A DNA stretch of 64,000 bases, taken from assembly GCF_964213995.1 (NCBI RefSeq), contig NC_135808.1:43338001-43402000 (forward strand), in the 5' to 3' direction. Shown here piece by piece: positions 57,828 to 64,000 of this stretch. The stretch comes from Mustelus asterias. Lineage: Eukaryota. Below the pieces are notes generated by a model. That model saw only the letters and a program-made list of their open reading frames with translations. It was not told where the DNA came from and did not search any database. Each line of letters begins with the position of its first letter. Positions within the stretch are counted from its first letter, which is position 1. The position numbers were made by a program, and so were the translations under genes.

Positions 57828-58810
57828 TGCCGACGACATGAAGGTTGGTGGTGTTGTGGATAGTTTGGAGGGATGTCAGAAGCTGCAGAGTGACATAGAT
57901 AGGATGCAAGACTGGGCGGAGAAGTGGCAGATGGACTTCAACCTGGATAAATGTGTAGTGGTCCATTTTGGCAGGTCAAATGGGATGAAGGAGTATAACA
58001 TCAAGGGTAAGACTCTTAGAGGATCAGAAGGACCTTGGGGTCCGGGTCCATAGGACTCTTAAATCGGCCTCGCAGGTAGAGGAAGTGGTTAAGAAGGCGT
58101 ATGGTGTGCTGGCCTTCATCAATCGAGGGATTGAGTTTAGGTGTTGGGAGATAATGATGCAGCTTTATAAGACTCTCGTCAGACCCCACTTGGAGTTAAG
58201 AGTCCTATGGACCCGGTCCCCAAGGTCCTTCTGATCCTCTACACTGCTAAGAGTCTTATCCTTGATATTATACTCCTTCATCCCATTTGACCTGCCAAAA
58301 TGGACCACTACACATTTATCCAGGTTGAAGTCCATCTGCCACTTCTCCACCCAGTCTTGCATCCTATCTATGTCACGCTGCAGCTTCTGACATCCCTCCA
58401 ACCTATCCACAACGGAGAGACGAAGGATGAGAGGTGACCTGAGAGAGGTGTACAAGACGTTGGGAGGTATAGATCGGGTGGATTCTTGGAGGCTTTTTCC
58501 CAGGGCTGAAATGGCTGCTACAAGAGGACACAGGTTTAAGGTGCTGGGGAGTAGGTACAGAGGAGATGTCAGGGGTAAGTTTTTCACTCAGAGGGTGGTG
58601 GGTGAGTGGAATCGGCTGCCGTCAGTGGTGGTGGAGGCAAACTCGATAGGGTCTTTTAAGAGACTTCTGGATGAATACATGGGACTTGATAGGATTGAGG
58701 GTTATAGGTAAGCCTATATATAAGCATAGGTAGGTAGGGACATGACCGGCGCAACTTGTGGGCCGAAGGGCCTGTTTGTGCTGTATTTTTTCTATTTTCG
58801 ATGTTCTATA
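57828..58810 (+). mobile_element. CR1 3' part with an internal inverted duplication (58196-58413)
   Basis: FADD region through to the 3' tail; same family as 50364-53030. Confidence 0.88.
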
Positions 58811-58811
58811 A

Positions 58812-60422
58812 TATTAATGGTAGGACTCTTGGCAGAGTGGAAGATCAGAAGGATCTTGGGGTCCGAGTTCATAGGACGCTCAAAGCAGCTGTGCAGGTTA
58901 CATAGAACATAGAACAGTACAGCACAGAACAGGCCCTTCGGCCCACGATGTTGTGCCGACCTTCATCTGAAACCAAGATCAAGCTATCCCACTCCCTACC
59001 ATCCTGGTGTGCTCCATGTGCCTATCCAATAACCGCTTAAATGTTCCTAAAGTGTCTGACTCCACTATCACTGCAGGCAGTCCATTCCACACCCCAACCA
59101 CTCTCTGCGTGAAGAACCTACCTCTGATATCCTTCCTATATCTCCCACCATGAACCCTATAGTTATGCCCCCTTGTAATAGCTCCATCCACCCGAGGAAA
59201 TAGTCTTTGAACGTTCACTCGATCTATCCCCTTCATCATTTTATAAACCTCTATTAAGTCTCCCCTCAATCTCCTCCGCTCCAGAGAGAACAGCCCCAGC
59301 TCCCTCAACCTTTCCTCATAAGACCGACACTCCAAACCAGGCAGCATCCTGGTAAATCTCCTCTGCACTCTTTCCAGCGCTTCCACATCCTTCCTATAGT
59401 GAGGTGACCAGAACTGCACGCAATATTCCAAATGCGGTCTCACCAAGGTCCTGTACAGTTGCAGCATAACCCCACGGCTCTTAAACTCCAACCCCCTGTT
59501 AATAAAAGCTAACACACTATATGCCTTCTTCACAGCTCTATCCACTTGAGTGGCAACCTTTAGAGATCTGTGGATATGGACCCCAAGATCTCTCTGTTCC
59601 TCCACAGTCTTCAGAACCCTACCTTTGACCCTGTAATCCACATTTAAATTTGTCCTACCAAAATGAATCACCTCACATTTATCAGGGTTAAACTCCATTT
59701 GCCATTTTTCAGCCCAGCTTTGCATCCTATCTATGTCTCTTTGCAGCCTACAACACTGTTGTTCTTCTGTGGTTGTGAGGCTGTGGTTAAGAAGGCGAAT
59801 GGTGTACTGGCCTTCATCAATCGAGGAATTGAGTTTAGGAGTCGTGAGATAATGTTGCAGCTATATAAGACCCTGGTCAGACCACACTTGGAGTACTGTG
59901 CTCAGTTCTGGTCGCCTCATTACAGGAAGGATGTGGAAGCCATAGAAAGGGTGCAGAGGAGATTTACAAGGATGTTGCCTGGGTTAGGGAGCATACCTTA
60001 TGAGGATAGGTTGAGTGAGCTCGGCCTTTTCTCCTTGGAGAGACGAAGGATGAGGGGTGACCTGATAGAGGTGTATAAGATGTTGAGAGGTATTGATCGA
60101 GTGGATAGTCAGAGGCTTTTTCCCAGGGCTGAAATGGTTGCCACAAGAGGACACAGGTTTAAGGTGCTGGAGAGTAGGTACAGAGGAGATGTCAGGAGTA
60201 AGTTTTTCACTCAGAGGGTGGTGGGTGCGTGGAATGGGCTGCCAGCAATGGTAGTGGAGGCGGATTCGATAGGGTCTTTTAAGAGACTTTTAGATAAGTA
60301 CATGGAACTTAGTAAGATAGAGGGTTATAGGTAAGCCTAGTAATCGCTAAGGTAGGGACGTGTTCGGAACAACTTTGTGGGCTGAAGGACCTGTATTGTG
60401 CTGTAGTGTTTCTATGTTTCTA
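58812..60422 (+). mobile_element. CR1 3' part in two pieces (58812-58898 and ~59770-60422)
   Basis: GRTLGRVEDQKDLGV... resumes as AVVKKANGVLAFIN...; tail TTTCTATGTTTCTA. Confidence 0.88.
58899..59756 (-). mobile_element. CR1 3' copy of the young family at 22571-27089, nested
   Basis: 248-aa ORF nearly identical to the ORF2 C-terminus of that element. Confidence 0.95.
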
Positions 60423-60756
60423 ACTCCCATGACTTGCCAGGGCTTGCAAAATCTCACTAACTGTCCTGTCTGGAGACAATACACATCTCTTTAACCTGTA
60501 CTTAACCCTCTCTCCACTCACATTGTCTGTACCTTTAAGACTTGATTACCTGTAAAGACTCACATTCCAACCATTGTTTTGTAAATTGAGTTTTTGTCTT
60601 TATAGGCCCTGTTTGTGAACACACCCACTTACCTGACGAAGGAGCAGCGCTCTGAAAGCTAGTGGGTTTGCTACCGAATAAACGTGTTGGACTTTAACCT
60701 GGTGTTGAGACTTCTTACTGTGTTTACCCCAGTCCAACGCCGGCATCGCCACATCA
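60421..60756 (+). mobile_element. Solo Penelope pLTR with 3' tail
   Basis: CTGTCTGGAGACAATACACATCT...hammerhead...AATAAA...CCCCAGTCCAACGCCGGCATCGCCACATCA. Confidence 0.88.
60630..60664 (+). ncRNA. Minimal type-I hammerhead, intact core
   Basis: TAC CTGACGA A GGAGC AGC GCTCT GAAA GCT A GTG. Confidence 0.8.
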
Positions 60757-60767
60757 GAGATGTTCTA

Positions 60768-60809
60768 CCCAGAGACTGCTGAGTCACAGGCTCCTTGTAT
60801 TCTCATTGG
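60768..60809 (+). promoter_or_regulatory. MHC-type X1-X2-Y promoter module
   Basis: CCCAGAGACTGCTG (X2 TGAGTCA)-N20-CTCATTGG, with ATTGG 89 nt upstream of the ATG. Confidence 0.7.
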
Positions 60810-60893
60810 ACATTCCTTTGCCATTGAAGGAATCAGCAGCATGAGCGCTGGGTACAGAGAGTGACTGGAGTGTGAACAAGGAAGTGAAGGAAG

Positions 60894-60939
60894 ATGAGGT
60901 TAATTCTGCTGGCGACTCTGTGGGGAGGCCTCTCTGAAG
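60894..60939 (+). CDS. Candidate exon 1 (signal peptide MRLILLATLWGGLSE-G) of an MHC or MHC-like gene; the rest lies beyond the window
   Basis: AAGATGA start context, basic-then-hydrophobic leader, phase-1 donor AAG|GTGAGC, and an XY module upstream. Confidence 0.6.
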
Positions 60940-61074
60940 GTGAGCTGTTTTCTGGGTCACAGAGCTGGCAGTCTCAGCAGTGACCCCAGGAGAGGTGGTC
61001 ACTGGGAGGAACACAGTAAGAAGTTTAACAACACCAGGTTAAAGTCCAACAGGTTTATTTGGTAGCAAAAGCCA

Positions 61075-61111
61075 CACAAGCTTTCGAGGCTCTGAGCCCC
61101 TTCTTCAGGTG
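61075..61111 (-). ncRNA. Minimal type-I hammerhead in the pLTR, intact core
   Basis: CAC CTGAAGA A GGGGCT CAG AGCCTC GAAA GCT T GTG. Confidence 0.87.
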
Positions 61112-61393
61112 AGTGGGAATTCTGTTCACAAACAGAACTTATAAGACACAGACTCAATTTACATGAATAATGGTTGGAATGCGAATACTTACAACTAATC
61201 CAGTCTTTAAGAAACAAAACAATGGGAGTGGAGAGAGCATCAAGACAGGCTAAAAAGATGTGTATTGTCTCCAGACAAGACAGCCAGTGAAACTCTGCAG
61301 GTCCACGCAACTGTGGGAGTTACAAATAGTGTGACATAAATTCTGATTCTAGGATCGCATGATAAAGACTCAGGAGGAAAAAAGCAGAAATAT

Positions 61394-63320
61394 TTATGTG
61401 AAATAGTGTGACATAAACCCAATATCCCGGTTGAGGCCGTCCTTGTGTGTGCGGAACTTGGCTATCAGTTTCTGCTCCGCGACTCTGCGCTGTCGTGTGT
61501 CGCGAAGGCCGCCTTGGAGAACGCTTACCCGAATATCAGAGGCCGAATGCCCGTGACCGCTGAAGTGCTCCCCAACAGGAAGAGAACAGTCTTGCCTGGT
61601 GATTGTCGAGCGGTGTTCATTCATCCGTTGTCGCAGCGTCTGCATAGTTTCCCCAATGTACCATGCCTCGGGACATCCTTTCTTGCAGCGTATCAGGTAG
61701 ACAACGTTGGCCGAGTTGCAAGAGTATGTACCGTGTACCTGGTGGATGGTGTTCTCACGTGAGATGATGGCATCTGTGTCGATGATCCGGCACGTCTTGC
61801 AGAGGTTGCTGTGGCAGGGTTGTGTGGTGTCTTGGTCACTGTTCTCCTGAAGGCTGGGTAGTTTGCTGCGGACAATGGTCTGTTTGAGGTTGTGCGGTTG
61901 TTTGAAGGCAAGAAGTGGGGGTGTGGGGATGGCCTTGGCGAGATGTTCGTCTTCATCAATGACATGTTGAAGGCTCCGGAGGAGATGCCGTAGCTTCTCC
62001 GCTCCGGGGAAGTACTGGACAACGAAGGGTACTCTGTCCACTGTGTCCCGTGTTTGTCTTCTGAGGAGGTCGGTGCGGTTTTTCGCTGTGGCGCGTTGGA
62101 ACTGTTGATCAATGAGTCTAGCGCCATATCCTGTTCTTATGAGGGCATCTTTCAGCGTCTGGAGGTGTCTGTTGCGATCCTCCTCATCCGAGCAGATCCT
62201 GTGTATACGGAGGGCTTGTCCGTAGGGGATGGCTTCTTTAACGTGTTTAGGGTGGAAGCTGGAGAAGTGGAGCATCGTGAGGTTATCCGTGGGCTTGCGG
62301 TACAGTGAGGTGCTGAGGTGACCGTCCTTAATGGAGATGCGCGTGTCCAAGAATGCAACCGATTCCGGAGAGTAGTCTATGGTGAGCCTGATGGTGGGAT
62401 GGAACTTGTTGATGTCATCATAGAGTTGTTTCAGTGATTGTTCACCATGAGTCCAAAGGAAGAAAATGTCATCGATGTATCTAGTGTATAGCACCGGTTG
62501 AAGGTCCCGTGCGGTGAAGAAGTCTTGTTCGAACCTGTGCATGAAGATGTTGGCATATTGAGGTGCAAATTTGGTCCCCATGGCTGTTCCGTGTGTCTGG
62601 ATGAAGAACTGGTTGTTGAAGGTGAAGATATTGTGGTCCAGGATGAAGCGGATGAGATGTAAAATTGCATCTGGAAACTGGCAGTTGTTGGCGCTGAGCA
62701 CTGAGGCCGTTGCAGCAATGCCATCGTCATGGGGGATGCTGGTGTAGAGTGCTGAGACATCCATTGTGACGAGGAGCGCTCCTGGTTCAACTGCTCCATG
62801 TGTGCCGAGTTTCTGTAGGAAGTCCGTCGTGTCGCGACAAAAGCTGGGGGTTCTTTGTACAATGGGTTTCAGGATGCCCTCGACATAGCCGGAGAGGTTC
62901 TCGCACAGGGTCCCATTGCCCGATACGATGGGACGGCCGGGTGTGTTTGCCTTGTGTATCTTCGGGAGGCAGTAGAGATCTCCAACGCGGGGAGTACGTG
63001 GGATGAGAGCACGGAGGGTGTTCTGAAGGTCCGGATCAAAGGTCTTGATCAGAGTGTTGAGTTGACGGGTGTGTTCTTTGGTCGGATCTGCAGGTAACTG
63101 TCTGTAGTGTTCCTCGTTGTTGAGTTGTCGGTACACTTCTTTGCAGTAATCCGTTCTGTTCAGTATGACGATGGCCCCTCCTTTGTCTGCTGGTTTGATG
63201 ACAATGTTGCGGTTGGTCTTGAGAGCGTGGATGGCGTTACGTTGTGCTTGGGTGATGTTCGGGGCTGTCTTGTGAGTGCGGCTGATGAATTTGGTCTTGT
63301 GAGTGCGGCTGATGAATTTG
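61394..63320 (-). CDS. PLE reverse transcriptase plus GIY-YIG endonuclease (N-terminally truncated)
   Basis: KPADKGG, LPKIHK, GRPIVS, MDVSALYTSIP, GTAMG, RYIDD; Cys linker PCHSNLCKTC; VVYLIRCKKGC...WYIGET, RMNEH, VGEHF. Confidence 0.95.
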
Positions 63321-64000
63321 GACCCCATCAGTCTCGCAGCAGACACAGAGGAATTCATCAGGCGAATGAGGCTGAGGGAGTTCTTCCACAAACCCCAAGA
63401 GGCCAACAACGAACACAATGAGACAGCCAATGAACTGGAACAGCCGACAGAGAGATCCGCAGTGCATCCGAAGAGGAAAGAGTCGAATTGGACTCCTCCG
63501 GAAGGCCGCTGCCCTCGACTTGACATGTATGCCCAAGCCGTCAGGAGGTGCGTCAACACCAAATTCATCAGCCGCACTCACAAGACAGCCCCGAACATCA
63601 CCCAAGCACAACGTAACGCCATCCACGCTCTCAAGACCAACCGCAACATTGTCATCAAACCAGCAGACAAAGGAGGGGCCATCGTCATACTGAACAGAAC
63701 GGATTACTGCAAAGAAGTGTACCGACAACTCAACAACGAGGAACACTACAGACAGTTACCTGCAGATCCGACCAAAGAACACACCCGTCAACTCAACACT
63801 CTGATCAAGACCTTTGATCCGGACCTTCAGAACACCCTCCGTGCTCTCATCCCACGTACTCCCCGCGTTGGAGATCTCTACTGCCTCCCGAAGATACACA
63901 AGGCAAACACACCCGGCCGTCCCATCGTATCGGGCAATGGGACCCTGTGCGAGAACCTCTCCGGCTATGTCGAGGGCATCCTGAAACCCATTGTACAAAG
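63321..64000 (+). mobile_element. Second Penelope copy, head-to-head, open frame running off the window end
   Basis: DPISLAADTEEFIRRMRLREFF...SNWTPPEGR...KPADKGG...LPKIHK; 63558-64000 is the reverse complement of 62853-63295. Confidence 0.95.

Larger units (their letters stand above)
61012..63320 (-). mobile_element. Penelope-like element (Neptune-type), 5'-truncated, with 3' pLTR
   Basis: Open RT plus GIY-YIG frame; pLTR at 61012-61393 containing a hammerhead and AATAAA. Confidence 0.96.

Noticed and set aside
63321-63577. N-terminal ~86 aa of the 727-aa ORF as a novel PLE domain
   Set aside because: It is the antisense strand of the inverted second copy.

Overview
Eukaryotic, repeat-saturated DNA. 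The HE1-type SINEs, DeuSINE, CR1 LINEs and Neptune-type Penelope elements point to a cartilaginous fish, probably a shark. Bases 1-11380 are a (CT)n-GTGYCCCG satellite followed by a 200-N gap; all long ORFs there are artefacts. The rest is mostly nested retroelements: about 18 CR1 copies (one full-length), a Gypsy gag-protease relic, Rex/Babar fragments, SINEs, MITEs and Penelope-like elements (PLEs). Main results: (1) eight minimal type-I hammerhead ribozyme motifs with covarying stems sit in PLE pseudo-LTRs, including two TSD-flanked insertions of 86 and 115 bp that are little more than a ribozyme; (2) the full-length CR1 has an in-phase U_UUA_AAC slippery heptamer just before the ORF1 stop, leading into an AUG-less ORF2 in the -1 frame (candidate -1 programmed frameshift); (3) three MHC-type (S)-X1-X2-Y modules with canonical spacing occur in the unique DNA, one followed by a signal-peptide leader exon whose first intron holds a young head-to-head Penelope dimer; (4) an RRBP1-like processed pseudogene is split into four pieces by a nested LINE stack. 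All homology calls come from motif recognition and memory, not database searches.
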